Shown here piece after piece: positions 7,511-17,328 of a stretch of 64,000 nucleotides of DNA. How positions within the stretch are numbered: position 1 is the first letter of the stretch; the number at the start of each line of letters is the position of its first letter. The stretch is from assembly GCA_013696965.1 (NCBI GenBank), contig JACCXN010000009.1, positions 6,751 to 70,750 on the forward strand. The letters are read 5' to 3'. The notes beneath the pieces are model-generated. The model had not been told where the DNA came from and did no database searches. It saw nothing but the letters and a program-made list of their open reading frames with translations. The translations under genes and the position numbers were made by a program. The DNA comes from Bacteroidota bacterium (lineage in GTDB: Bacteria > Bacteroidota > Bacteroidia > JACCXN01).

Positions 7511-9027
7511 ATAATAAAAAAATAGCACTTCTTATACTGGATGGTTGGGGAAAGGGAAATGGATCAGAATCTGATGCAATTGCAAATGCACAAACCCCAT
7601 TTATTAATAGTCTTTATAAAAAATATCCCCATTCCCAATTAGTAACTTCAGGGGAATCTGTTGGGTTGCCTGAGGGGCAAATGGGAAATTCAGAAGTTGG
7701 CCATTTGAATTTGGGAGCAGGAAGAATTGTTTACCAGGATTTAGGAAAAATAAACATGGCCATCAAGGACAAGAGTATTGAAACAAATGCTGTTCTTAAT
7801 GATGCTTTTAATTATGCCAAAGAAAACAACAAACCTGTTCATTTTTTAGGTTTGCTATCTGAAGGGGGTGTTCATTCCTCGCAGGCTCATTTGCATAAAT
7901 TATGTGATATGGCAAAAGATCATAAAATAGAAAATGTATATATTCATGCCTTTACAGATGGCAGGGACACGGATCCAAAAAGTGGGTTGAATTATTTATC
8001 CCTTTTGCAAAAACATCTTGAAAATTCAGCAGGACAAATAGCTACCGTAATAGGACGTTATTTCGCAATGGACAGGGATAAGAGATGGGAAAGAGTTATG
8101 ATAGCTTATAACGCAGTGGTTAAAGGCCAGGGAAGCAAAACAAAAGATGTTCTTAATGCTGTAAGAGAATCCTATGAAAATGGTGTAAGCGATGAATTTA
8201 TTAAACCAATACTCAATACAGATGAAAACGGGACTCCCATAGGGTCAGTAAAACAGGGAGATGTGGTAATTTGCTTTAATTTTAGAACGGACAGGTGCAG
8301 GGAAATAACAATGGCTTTACATCAACAGGATTTTCCGGAATATGAAATGCATAAGTTGAACTTGTATTATGTTACAATGACAAATTATGATGATCGTTTT
8401 AAAAATGTTAAAATTATTTTTGAAAAGGATAATTTAATCAATACTATAGGTGAAGTACTTGCCAGGGCTAATAAAAAACAATTAAGAGTAGCGGAAACAG
8501 AAAAATACCCTCATGTTACTTTTTTCTTTTCAGGAGGACGCGAAAAAATATTTGAAGGCGAAAAAAGAATTTTGGTTGCCTCTCCAAAGGTTCCAACCTA
8601 TGATTTAAAACCTGAAATGAGTGCACAAGAACTTACATTAGAATTAATTCAGCAAATAGAAAATTCAGAGGCTGATTTCATTTGTGTTAATTATGCAAAT
8701 CCTGATATGGTAGGGCATACTGGCGTTTATAAAGCTATTGTAAAAGCAGTGGAAACGGTTGATAAATGTGCAGAACAGGTAGTTAAAAAAGGATTAGAGA
8801 AGGGTTATTCTTTTTTAATACTCTCGGATCATGGCAATGCTGATTATGTATTAAATAAAGATGGCTCCCCAAATACAGCCCATACTACCAACCCTGTTCC
8901 CTGTATATTGATTGATCGGGATTATAAACAAATAAAAAATGGCAAATTAGGCGATATTGCTCCAACTATTCTAAAAATGATGGCGGTAGAAATTCCAAAG
9001 GAAATGAATGGCGATTGTCTTGTTTGA
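7507..9027 (+). CDS. gpmI: 2,3-bisphosphoglycerate-independent phosphoglycerate mutase.
   Basis: Canonical iPGM N-terminus (ALLILDGWG…SGESVGLPEGQMGNSEVGHLNLGAGRIVYQDL) and C-terminal metal-site motifs (LSDHGNAD…TAHTTNPVP). 506 aa. Confidence 0.95.
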   Translation: MNNKKIALLILDGWGKGNGSESDAIANAQTPFINSLYKKYPHSQLVTSGESVGLPEGQMGNSEVGHLNLGAGRIVYQDLGKINMAIKDKSIETNAVLNDAFNYAKENNKPVHFLGLLSEGGVHSSQAHLHKLCDMAKDHKIENVYIHAFTDGRDTDPKSGLNYLSLLQKHLENSAGQIATVIGRYFAMDRDKRWERVMIAYNAVVKGQGSKTKDVLNAVRESYENGVSDEFIKPILNTDENGTPIGSVKQGDVVICFNFRTDRCREITMALHQQDFPEYEMHKLNLYYVTMTNYDDRFKNVKIIFEKDNLINTIGEVLARANKKQLRVAETEKYPHVTFFFSGGREKIFEGEKRILVASPKVPTYDLKPEMSAQELTLELIQQIENSEADFICVNYANPDMVGHTGVYKAIVKAVETVDKCAEQVVKKGLEKGYSFLILSDHGNADYVLNKDGSPNTAHTTNPVPCILIDRDYKQIKNGKLGDIAPTILKMMAVEIPKEMNGDCLV

Positions 9028-9077
9028 CCTGGTTTTAAAAACTCTTTTGCCGACTTTTTTAGAAAGTTTAAAGTCTT

Positions 9078-12000
9078 TTATCGGAGCAAGGTAACATGTC
9101 CAGAAAAAACAAAAGAACGGTTAAAAACATTAGTAAGTGAAATAATATAAGAATAAACCTCCTGTTGAGCAGGAAGTTTTCCATTCTTAGCTCTTCCATC
9201 CCAACCGATTTCTTTATCTGTTGTTTTAAAAATCATTTCTCCCCACCGGTTGAAAATCAACATTTCGTACTCCCTTTCACCAATTATTATTGGCTTAAAT
9301 ACATCATTAAGTCCATCTGAGTCAGGTGTAAAGGCATTTGGAACATAAAACCGATATTCTGGGTTTACCCTAACAATTCCTGAAGCAGTATCGGGACATT
9401 CAAATTGGGAGTAAACTATTTGAGTTATTTGATAATCTCCGGTATCAGCATAGAAATATTCAACATCACATTGTGATGAAGTATTTCCATCTCCAAAATA
9501 ATAAATACACCTTGAATCTCCTTTTGATTCATTGGTTAAAATAAATTTAGGTTCAAATATGGACGCTTCAAGAGGAAGAATGGTAAAATTTGCTTCAGGG
9601 AAAGGATGAACAGTAACTAATCTAGGAATTGAAATTGAGGACGAATCAATACAACCAGTTTCCGTTTTTACAGTAAGGCTAACATCATAAGATCCTGGGT
9701 TGAAAAACATGTGTTCAGGACTTTTTTCATCTGATTTGTTTCCGTCTCCAAAATTCCAGAGATAAGTTAAAGGAGTTGCCGAAGTTGAGGCCTCTTTAAA
9801 TTCAACTTTCAAAGGCATGCACCCTGATTTTTCAATGAGTTCGAGGGCAGCAACCGGACTAAGAAGTAATTCAACATTGGCTGATTTAACAGAGGTACAA
9901 CCATTTTCCTGGATTATTAAATTAACATTAAATATACCCGGGGAATTAAAGAAAACATTAGGAACCGTTGCATTAGTTGAGCTCTGAATGTTAGCATCAG
10001 GGCCAAAGTCCCAGAAAAAGGAAGCCGTTTCACCAAATACTCCACCTGCTGCAAAGCTTAAATCATGTGCCTTGAAACACAGTACACCCGGATTAACAAA
10101 ATCAGTCTTTAGAAGCGGATAAATTGAAAAGGTTTGGGAAACTGTACTGGAACAAAACGGTCCTGTAGCTACAAGTGTAACCGTATACCATCCACTATCG
10201 GGATAAGTATAGGATGGTTCAAATTCAGTGGAGTAAGCTCCCGGGTTTGATGGATCCCCAAAAGTCCAGTAATAAGTATCGGCATTTTGACTTAAATTTG
10301 TAAAATCATAGGTATAGCCTCCACAAAAAACACGCTGCTGGTCAATATCAGCAACAGCATCGGGCACTACCACAACAGTTGAAGAAACTGTTCTACTGCA
10401 GCCATTTTCTATTATTGTTAATGAAACCTGAAATAAGCCAGTATCAGGAAAGACTATACCTGTGGGATCTTGCTGGTTTGATGCATTCGGATTGCCTTCA
10501 GGAAATGACCAGTTAAAATTTGCATTAGCTCCAAAACTTCCTCCGGCATTAAAACCAAAATAATTCCCTGTAAAACAGGAGGGATTTGGAGCAGAAATAA
10601 GAGGCTCAAGCAAGGGATAAACTTCATATGTTGAATAGGCAGTATCAGCACAGGAAGTATAAGGATTTGCAACTAGAGTTATGGTATAAATACCGCTTGA
10701 GGGGTAAGTAAAAGTTGGTGTGGCAAAACTAGAGGTATCGCTGGTAATTCCAGGAACCCCAAAATCCCACAAATAAGAATTTGCATTGAAACTGTTATTT
10801 GAAAAAGAAACAGTAAAACCATCACAAAATATAGCTTGAGCAGGAAATTCAGCAATAACATCAGGGATTACATTCACACTGCCAGTAACTGTTTTACTGC
10901 AACCATTTTCAGATATTGTTAATGACACTGGAAAAGTACCTATATCAGGAAAAGTAATTCCTGCAGGATTCTGCTGATTTGAATTAGAGGGAACCCCTGA
11001 TGAGAATGACCAGCTAAATTCCGCTGATGAACCGAATACCCCTCCAGCATTAAAACCAAAACTGTTACCAGTTAAACATAAAGGATCAGAGGTTAACAAA
11101 ATAGGCGCAAGCAAAGGTTGAACATCGAATGTGGAATAAGAAGTATCAGAACAGGATGTATATGGATTTGCAATAAGAGTTACAGTGTAAGTACCACTTG
11201 TTGGAAATGTAAAAATTGGTGTGGCAAGAACAGAGGTATCATTTGAAACTCCTACAACCCCAAAATCCCATAAAAAGGAACTCGCATTGAAACTGTTATT
11301 CTGAAAGGCGACATCAAACCCATTACAAAACAAAGTTTGTGAAGGAAATGCTGAAACTATAAGTCCGGGACAATTTATTACGTTGAACTGAAAATCCCTT
11401 ATTGTCCTGCTTAATAATACTCCATTTCTATATTCACTTACACAAATTCCAACAACCCATTGTCCTGTCAAATTTGGTCTTCCTATTAGCACACCTGTCT
11501 GGGGATTTATAGAAAGAACAGGGTTTGAACTCATTGGATAGGAGCCATTGTATGGAGGATTCCAATTCACATAATAATATGGTGGGGGCATTGGAGGATC
11601 GGGCATTGGATCCGTATTTGTTGCCCCGGCAAATGGATCACAAATTTCATAAACAAGTGAATCACCATCTATGTCAGTTGCAGAATGATCAAATTCAAGG
11701 GACATTCCATTGCAAAGAAAAATAGGTGGAAATTCTTTGTAAACAGGATTGCTGTTACATGTAGTAATAACTTCCGTCCCCGGGATATGAGCGGTAAAAG
11801 TAGCTCCGGTTGCACCTGGATCAACTAAATTTAATATAGTATTATTACGGCAACAGCGTTGATAGGTAATTGTATAACCTCCTGGAATAGGGGGCAAATT
11901 ATTAACTATTACAGTATAAATTGCTTCTTCTACACAGATATTACTTGGTGGTGAATAACAGGGGCTGTTAATTGTTGTAGCCAATTGAACAGATCCAGGA

Positions 12001-12239
12001 AAAGGAATATCAATATCTTTAATAAGTACATTGGCAGAGTTATAAATAGCAACATTGGCAGGATTGTCAAATGCAGCAGTTCCGGATTTACAATCCCTGT
12101 ACATTGCAATAGTAATCCTATAACTGTTGTTTCCCAGGCATTCATAGCTTACAACACCTCCAATTATATGTGTGGCTTTAATACTGAAGGAATTACCCAA
12201 CAATAAAAAAATAATACATATAAAATTCAGTTTCTTCAT
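9078..12239 (-). CDS. Large secreted surface protein: an N-terminal ~300-aa domain, four PKD-like modules (two highly similar and in tandem), and a T9SS type B CTD (CHU_C, the gliding-motility-associated C-terminal domain).
   Basis: Signal peptide MKKLNFICIIFLLLGNSFSIKA. The repeats FCNGFDVAFQNNSFNASSFLWDFGV… and FCDGFTVSFSNNSFNANSYLWDFGV… are each about 165 aa, with weaker copies at …YYWTFGDP… and …YLWNFGDGN…. The C-terminal YVPNAFTPDSDGLNDVFKPII…FNRWGEMIFK… matches the type B CTD. Confidence 0.8.
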   Translation of the reverse strand: MKKLNFICIIFLLLGNSFSIKATHIIGGVVSYECLGNNSYRITIAMYRDCKSGTAAFDNPANVAIYNSANVLIKDIDIPFPGSVQLATTINSPCYSPPSNICVEEAIYTVIVNNLPPIPGGYTITYQRCCRNNTILNLVDPGATGATFTAHIPGTEVITTCNSNPVYKEFPPIFLCNGMSLEFDHSATDIDGDSLVYEICDPFAGATNTDPMPDPPMPPPYYYVNWNPPYNGSYPMSSNPVLSINPQTGVLIGRPNLTGQWVVGICVSEYRNGVLLSRTIRDFQFNVINCPGLIVSAFPSQTLFCNGFDVAFQNNSFNASSFLWDFGVVGVSNDTSVLATPIFTFPTSGTYTVTLIANPYTSCSDTSYSTFDVQPLLAPILLTSDPLCLTGNSFGFNAGGVFGSSAEFSWSFSSGVPSNSNQQNPAGITFPDIGTFPVSLTISENGCSKTVTGSVNVIPDVIAEFPAQAIFCDGFTVSFSNNSFNANSYLWDFGVPGITSDTSSFATPTFTYPSSGIYTITLVANPYTSCADTAYSTYEVYPLLEPLISAPNPSCFTGNYFGFNAGGSFGANANFNWSFPEGNPNASNQQDPTGIVFPDTGLFQVSLTIIENGCSRTVSSTVVVVPDAVADIDQQRVFCGGYTYDFTNLSQNADTYYWTFGDPSNPGAYSTEFEPSYTYPDSGWYTVTLVATGPFCSSTVSQTFSIYPLLKTDFVNPGVLCFKAHDLSFAAGGVFGETASFFWDFGPDANIQSSTNATVPNVFFNSPGIFNVNLIIQENGCTSVKSANVELLLSPVAALELIEKSGCMPLKVEFKEASTSATPLTYLWNFGDGNKSDEKSPEHMFFNPGSYDVSLTVKTETGCIDSSSISIPRLVTVHPFPEANFTILPLEASIFEPKFILTNESKGDSRCIYYFGDGNTSSQCDVEYFYADTGDYQITQIVYSQFECPDTASGIVRVNPEYRFYVPNAFTPDSDGLNDVFKPIIIGEREYEMLIFNRWGEMIFKTTDKEIGWDGRAKNGKLPAQQEVYSYIISLTNVFNRSFVFSGHVTLLR

Positions 12240-12411
12240 TTTTCTTGTGCAATTTACATTAAAAATAAGAAAAAAAAATTAATCCCCTTACAAGAAACAA
12301 TTGCAAACTTATTGAAAAACAGACAAGAATAAAGGGAACTAAGCCTGAAAACCAATGATGACTTAAAAAAAAGAAGGGCTGTTTTTTATCAAAAATTCTT
12401 ATTATATTTAA

Positions 12412-12419
12412 TACTTTTG
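12412..12419 (+). promoter_or_regulatory. Bacteroidota -7 promoter element TACTTTTG (consensus TAnnTTTG), 20 nt upstream of the M20 peptidase ATG.
   Basis: Exact match to the TAnnTTTG consensus in the divergent intergenic region. The -33 TTG is not clear. Confidence 0.35.
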
Positions 12420-12439
12420 CCTGAAAAATAGTTAAAAAA

Positions 12440-13807
12440 ATGATAAAGGCATACATTCAGGCAAATAAAGACAGATTTATACAAGAACTTGTTGATTTAT
12501 TGAAAATTCCCTCTGTTAGTGCTGATTTAAAATACAAAGAACATATTAATCAGGCAGCCCTTATGGTTAGCCAAAGGTTAACTGAGGCAGGAGCAGATAA
12601 TGTGGAAATATGTGAAACCGCTGGCCATCCTGTTGTTTATGGACAAAAAATAATTGACCCTGAATTGCCTACTGTTTTAGTGTATGGCCATTATGATGTT
12701 CAACCTGCTGATCCAATTGAGTTATGGGATTCTCCTCCATTTGAACCAATAATAAAGGATGATAAAATATACGCACGTGGAGCTGCTGATGATAAAGGAC
12801 AGATTTATATGCATGTTAAGGCTTTTGAATTAATGATGAGAACGAATTCGCTCCCCTGCAATATTAAATTTATGATTGAGGGGGAAGAAGAAATTGGTTC
12901 TCAACATTTAGGTTTATTTATTCAGGCAAATAAAGAAAAACTTAAAGCGGATGTCATTCTTATTTCTGATACAAGTATTATAGCAAACGATGTTCCCTCA
13001 ATTACAGTAGGACTGAGAGGACTAAGTTACTTACAGGTAGAGGTTACGGGGCCGAATCGCGATTTACATTCGGGCCTTTATGGTGGAGCAGTTGCAAATC
13101 CTATTAATATTTTGTGTATAATGATTGCCTCTCTTGTAGATGAAAACAATCATATTGCTATACCTGGTTTTTATGATGATGTAATTGAATTATCCTCTGA
13201 AGAAAGAATGGAAATGGCCAAGGCACCTTTTGATTTAGAAGAATATAAAAAGGCCTTGGATCTAAAAGATATTCATGGTGAAAAAGGGTATACAACCAAT
13301 GAACGAGCATCTATAAGACCTACCATGGATGTAAATGGAATTTGGGGAGGTTATACTGGTGAGGGGGCAAAAACTGTTATTCCATCAAAAGCACATGCTA
13401 AAATATCGATGAGGCTTGTACCTGGTCAGGATCCTGATAAAATCACTCTATTGTTCAAAGAATATTTTGAATCCATTGCACCAAAATCAGTAAGGGTGAA
13501 AGTAGAGCCACATCATGGAGGAAAACCTTATGTTACTTCAATAGATTCTCCAGCTTACAAAGCAGCAATCAAGGCAATGGAAGTTACTTTCGGTAAAAAA
13601 CCAATTCCTGAAAGAAGTGGTGGAAGCATACCAATAGTGGCCCTTTTTAAAGAAGTTCTTGAGCTTGATTCAATAATGATGGGCTTTGGTCTTCACTCGG
13701 ATGCTATACATTCTCCAAATGAACATTTTGGTGTTTTCAATTATTTAAAAGGAATTGAAACTATCCCCTACTTTTTTCACTATTTCTCTGAACTTAACAA
13801 TAAATAA
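12440..13807 (+). CDS. M20/M25/M40-family metallopeptidase (dipeptidase/deacylase type).
   Basis: Motifs VYGHYDVQPAD, ARGAADDKGQ, IEGEEEIGS; length 455 aa. Confidence 0.9.
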   Translation: MIKAYIQANKDRFIQELVDLLKIPSVSADLKYKEHINQAALMVSQRLTEAGADNVEICETAGHPVVYGQKIIDPELPTVLVYGHYDVQPADPIELWDSPPFEPIIKDDKIYARGAADDKGQIYMHVKAFELMMRTNSLPCNIKFMIEGEEEIGSQHLGLFIQANKEKLKADVILISDTSIIANDVPSITVGLRGLSYLQVEVTGPNRDLHSGLYGGAVANPINILCIMIASLVDENNHIAIPGFYDDVIELSSEERMEMAKAPFDLEEYKKALDLKDIHGEKGYTTNERASIRPTMDVNGIWGGYTGEGAKTVIPSKAHAKISMRLVPGQDPDKITLLFKEYFESIAPKSVRVKVEPHHGGKPYVTSIDSPAYKAAIKAMEVTFGKKPIPERSGGSIPIVALFKEVLELDSIMMGFGLHSDAIHSPNEHFGVFNYLKGIETIPYFFHYFSELNNK

Positions 13808-13819
13808 AGTTTTTTAAGA

Positions 13820-13854
13820 GTTATTGCAGCACCAATATTTAATTCTGTAATAAC
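13820..13854 (+). terminator. Possible terminator hairpin after the M20 peptidase: 10-bp stem GTTATTGCAG/CTGTAATAAC with one G·U, a 15-nt loop and a weak U-tract.
   Basis: Inverted repeat 13 nt downstream of the stop codon, followed by CCACTTTTACTT. Confidence 0.3.
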
Positions 13855-14004
13855 CCACTTTTACTTATGAAATTGTAAGATAGCCACCATACACAAACAG
13901 GAATAAATTTAACATGGCTATTCAATATCAAAATTAAAAAACAAATGCTTTTGCATTCATGAGTTCCATAGAGGATTAATTAAAAAACGAATAAATTATA
14001 TACT

Positions 14005-14469
14005 ATGAAAAAGCCTGTTTTATATTTGTTTATTCTGCTTGCAGTTGTTTCATTTTCTGCATGCTCATCAATTGAACCTTTGAGTGTAAGTAAAGTTGAG
14101 AATATTAAACTTCAAAATTTCAGTAAAAATTCCCTTGCCCTGGAAGTTACTTTTATAATAAAAAACCCAAACCGCTACAAATTCAAAATTACAGACAATA
14201 ATTTCAACGTTTTTTTGAACAATGCAGAGTTAGGAACAGCAAAAATTAAAAAGAAATTAATCATTCCAAAAAAATCTGAGGATTCCTACACCTTTATTAT
14301 TGAAACACAATTCTCAAAATTGGCAATGGGAAGTATACCAAGCCTATTGAACATGTTCAGGACAAAACAGGTGGAATTTAAACTCATAGGCGAAGTAAAA
14401 GTTAAGACATTGGGGGTAGGCAAAAGATTCCCAGTTGAAATTGTTGAAAAAGTGGCTATTGGAAAATAA
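14005..14469 (+). CDS. Lipoprotein with an LEA14 / LEA_2-like (NDR1/HIN1-type) fold.
   Basis: Lipobox …SFSAC; the pattern …NPNRYKFKITDNNFNVFLNNAELGTAKIKKKLIIPKKSEDSYTFIIETQF is typical of LEA_2 beta-sandwich proteins. Confidence 0.5.
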   Translation: MKKPVLYLFILLAVVSFSACSSIEPLSVSKVENIKLQNFSKNSLALEVTFIIKNPNRYKFKITDNNFNVFLNNAELGTAKIKKKLIIPKKSEDSYTFIIETQFSKLAMGSIPSLLNMFRTKQVEFKLIGEVKVKTLGVGKRFPVEIVEKVAIGK

Positions 14470-14523
14470 ATAACAAAGAATTGTTATTCTCTAATTCGTT
14501 TCTAAAAAGGTGGCTTTGAAACA

Positions 14524-15741
14524 ATGAAAAATAAAAGCATTATAATTGTTGGAGCGGGTGCAGCCGGAATTTTTGCAGCAATAAACGCTGCAAAAAAAAA
14601 TCCTCAAATAGAGGTTACAGTGCTTGAAAAGTCTTCAAAATTATTGGCTAAGGTAAAGGTTTCAGGTGGCGGAAGGTGCAATGTTACCAATGCTTGCCAG
14701 GAGACAAAGGAACTAGTAAAAAACTACCCCCGGGGAAATAAAGAACTTGCCTTGTCTTTTTCAAAGTTCAATACAACCGACACTGTTAATTGGTTTTCAC
14801 AAAGAGGAGTAGAACTTAAAGCAGAAGCTGATGGCAGAATGTTTCCTCTCACCAACAGTTCGCAAACAATTATTGATTGCCTGCTTAAAGAATGTAAGGA
14901 TTTAGGAGTAAAAATATATACTAATTCAGATGTTAAATCGATAGTTAAAAAAGCAAATAGCTTTGACCTTTCTCTTGCTTCGGGACAAATCCTTGAATGC
15001 AATAAATTATTAATTGCAACTGGAGGAAGCAATAAAGCAGAATCTTATAAATGGCTTGAAGTTCTTGGGCATAGCATTGAGATTCCCCTCCCCTCTTTGT
15101 TCACTTTTAATATAAAGAATAATAGTCTTTCTCAATTAGCAGGTATTTCGGTTAAACTGGCCACTGTAAAAATTGCAGGAACAAAATTAATTCAAAAAGG
15201 CCCTGTACTTATAACCCATTGGGGATTAAGCGGGCCTGCAGTTCTTAAACTATCTGCGTGGGGAGCACGCATACTTTATGAAAAAAAATACATCTATACG
15301 GTATTAATTAACTGGCTTTTGGAGCAAAACGAAGAACAGGCCAGGGAATTTCTGGAAGAATACAAAACTGCAAACCCTTTAAAAAAAGTTTCAGGAACAT
15401 CTCCTGTTAATCTTCCTTTAAGACTATGGCAGTATTTGGTTTCAAAAGCAGAAATAGATGCAGAAACAAAATGGAACAATCTTTCGGGGAAAAATTTCAA
15501 TAGGTTAATAAATAATCTTGTTTGTGATGCATATGAAGCTTCAGGAAAAACAACATATAAAGAGGAGTTTGTTACCTGCGGAGGAATTAAACTAAATGAA
15601 GTAGACATGCAAACTATGGAAAGCCGTTTATGCAAAGGACTATTCTTTGCAGGTGAGGTAATAAATGTTGATGGAGTAACCGGAGGTTTTAATTTCCAGG
15701 CAGCATGGACAACAGGCTGGCTAGCATCCCAGGCAGTGTAA
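14524..15741 (+). CDS. HI0933-family NAD(P)/FAD-dependent flavoprotein (BaiN / aminoacetone-oxidase-like).
   Basis: N-terminal Rossmann motif IIIVGAGAAGIFAAINAAK and family signature KVSGGGRCNVTN; 405 aa. Confidence 0.85.
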   Translation: MKNKSIIIVGAGAAGIFAAINAAKKNPQIEVTVLEKSSKLLAKVKVSGGGRCNVTNACQETKELVKNYPRGNKELALSFSKFNTTDTVNWFSQRGVELKAEADGRMFPLTNSSQTIIDCLLKECKDLGVKIYTNSDVKSIVKKANSFDLSLASGQILECNKLLIATGGSNKAESYKWLEVLGHSIEIPLPSLFTFNIKNNSLSQLAGISVKLATVKIAGTKLIQKGPVLITHWGLSGPAVLKLSAWGARILYEKKYIYTVLINWLLEQNEEQAREFLEEYKTANPLKKVSGTSPVNLPLRLWQYLVSKAEIDAETKWNNLSGKNFNRLINNLVCDAYEASGKTTYKEEFVTCGGIKLNEVDMQTMESRLCKGLFFAGEVINVDGVTGGFNFQAAWTTGWLASQAV

Positions 15742-15798
15742 GGAACATTGCATTTTGAACATTGCTGCTTGTTTATTATGACTTGCTGCTAAAAACAC

Positions 15799-17187
15799 CT
15801 AGAACAATTGGTTATTCAGGTGTGTTTTATATCCCATTATGCCATTTCCAAACTTAATTCTAAGTGTTGTATATCCCTTTTCATATATAGTATCTGGAAT
15901 AGAGGATTTTTTCATTGTTCGAATCAATGGATATTTTCCATAGGAATCATTTTCTAATTGAAACACAATTTCTTCACCCCGGTTTATTATGTTAATAATT
16001 TTATGATCTTCCACAACAATACCACTACTTACAAGAAAATTTGTTAAAAAAAACAGGCACAGTACAGCTGGCATAATTCCAAAAAAAGCATAAAGCACAA
16101 AGTCCATGGGCTTTAGAATATTGTTATTAATTACCAGATACCGATACTGAAAAAGTGTGGCCAAGACTGCTCCAATCAATGCAATTTTCACTAAATCTTC
16201 AATTGGTATAATGGTAAAAGACGGGAAAAGCATCATGGTAATAATGCCCAGGAATATGCCAAATAACATTACAGAATAGGTCCAGTGCCAGGTGTGGTAT
16301 TTGTAATTCTTTTTTATTGTTTTTGGAATTGGAATTAATCGTGCATTCCTGTTAACACTTTCCAAAAAATTTACATTGAGCATGTAATTGCTGTTATTAT
16401 TTAGTGGATCCTGATTGAGTAAAAAACATAGGTGATTGTAAATATCCGGTAGTTCCTCCTTGAAAGAAAGGGGATTTTCAAAAAAATGTTCTATACATAC
16501 TGCGAAAAATTCATGTCTGTTTGTTCCACCGTATTCCCTTAATAGAGATTTATTTTTTCTTTGAAGCCTTGCAAATTCTGTTTTGCCAATTTTAAGCCAT
16601 TCATCCAGATAAAAAGAAAATTTTTCATCAAAATGCTTTCCCTTTAAAACGTTAATCTTAAGGACATGGGCCATTTCATGCAAACCCAGGTTATAATTGT
16701 CATGCGGGTATTTATAGCCTTTTAAAAAATCTTCCCATGAAATCATTAGAACTCCTTTATTTGAAGCACCACCTTTTATCTCCGCCTGCAAAAGTTTTGA
16801 ATAAAAATAACGTGGGTAAATTTTAATTGTAGTAAAAAAATCCAATAAAAATTCATCCAGGCCAAAAGTAAGCTGAATGGCTGAAGCCGAAATTAAAACC
16901 TTCATTTCATTTGTAACCTTTAGTTTTTCCATCCCCTGAAATTTCTTTAATCTGATAAAATCCACTAACCTGGCCATAAATTTTACTTTTCCTTCCTTAT
17001 TCAAATTTGTGTAATATTGAAAGTATCGGGATAATATTTCATCGTATTGGGAATAATCAGAAAAATTAAAGGATGAATACTGGATTGCTTTTTTTTTGAC
17101 TAAATTCAAAATGCTATCCCTGAACTCTGTAAGTGAGAGCATAATTAGGGAAATAGCAGCAAAAAAAACCAGGTAGGGTAATATCAT
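15799..17187 (-). CDS. Membrane-anchored MtfA-like (peptidase M90) zinc peptidase fused to a C-terminal polytopic membrane domain.
   Basis: HExxH zinc motif HEMAHV plus YGGTNRHEFFAVCIEHFFENP, which matches the MtfA family. The N-terminus has a TM helix and the C-terminal ~160 aa hold 3-4 predicted TM helices. Confidence 0.6.
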   Translation of the reverse strand: MILPYLVFFAAISLIMLSLTEFRDSILNLVKKKAIQYSSFNFSDYSQYDEILSRYFQYYTNLNKEGKVKFMARLVDFIRLKKFQGMEKLKVTNEMKVLISASAIQLTFGLDEFLLDFFTTIKIYPRYFYSKLLQAEIKGGASNKGVLMISWEDFLKGYKYPHDNYNLGLHEMAHVLKINVLKGKHFDEKFSFYLDEWLKIGKTEFARLQRKNKSLLREYGGTNRHEFFAVCIEHFFENPLSFKEELPDIYNHLCFLLNQDPLNNNSNYMLNVNFLESVNRNARLIPIPKTIKKNYKYHTWHWTYSVMLFGIFLGIITMMLFPSFTIIPIEDLVKIALIGAVLATLFQYRYLVINNNILKPMDFVLYAFFGIMPAVLCLFFLTNFLVSSGIVVEDHKIINIINRGEEIVFQLENDSYGKYPLIRTMKKSSIPDTIYEKGYTTLRIKFGNGIMGYKTHLNNQLF

Positions 17188-17328
17188 GCATTGAATATAT
17201 ATAAAAAAAACGAATTGTTAAAAAATTTCAAAAATAATAACAGGAGTTTTTAACTAGAAATTAATGCGTTTTTTTTATTAAATTTAACTATTGAAATTTC
17301 AGAAAAATCAAAATGTAAAACTATTTTT

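Noticed and set aside
10340-11324. ~490-bp tandem DNA repeats considered as a CRISPR- or mobile-element-like feature
   Set aside because: They are in-frame duplications of a PKD-like protein module within one continuous ORF. They have no spacer-repeat architecture and no terminal inverted repeats.
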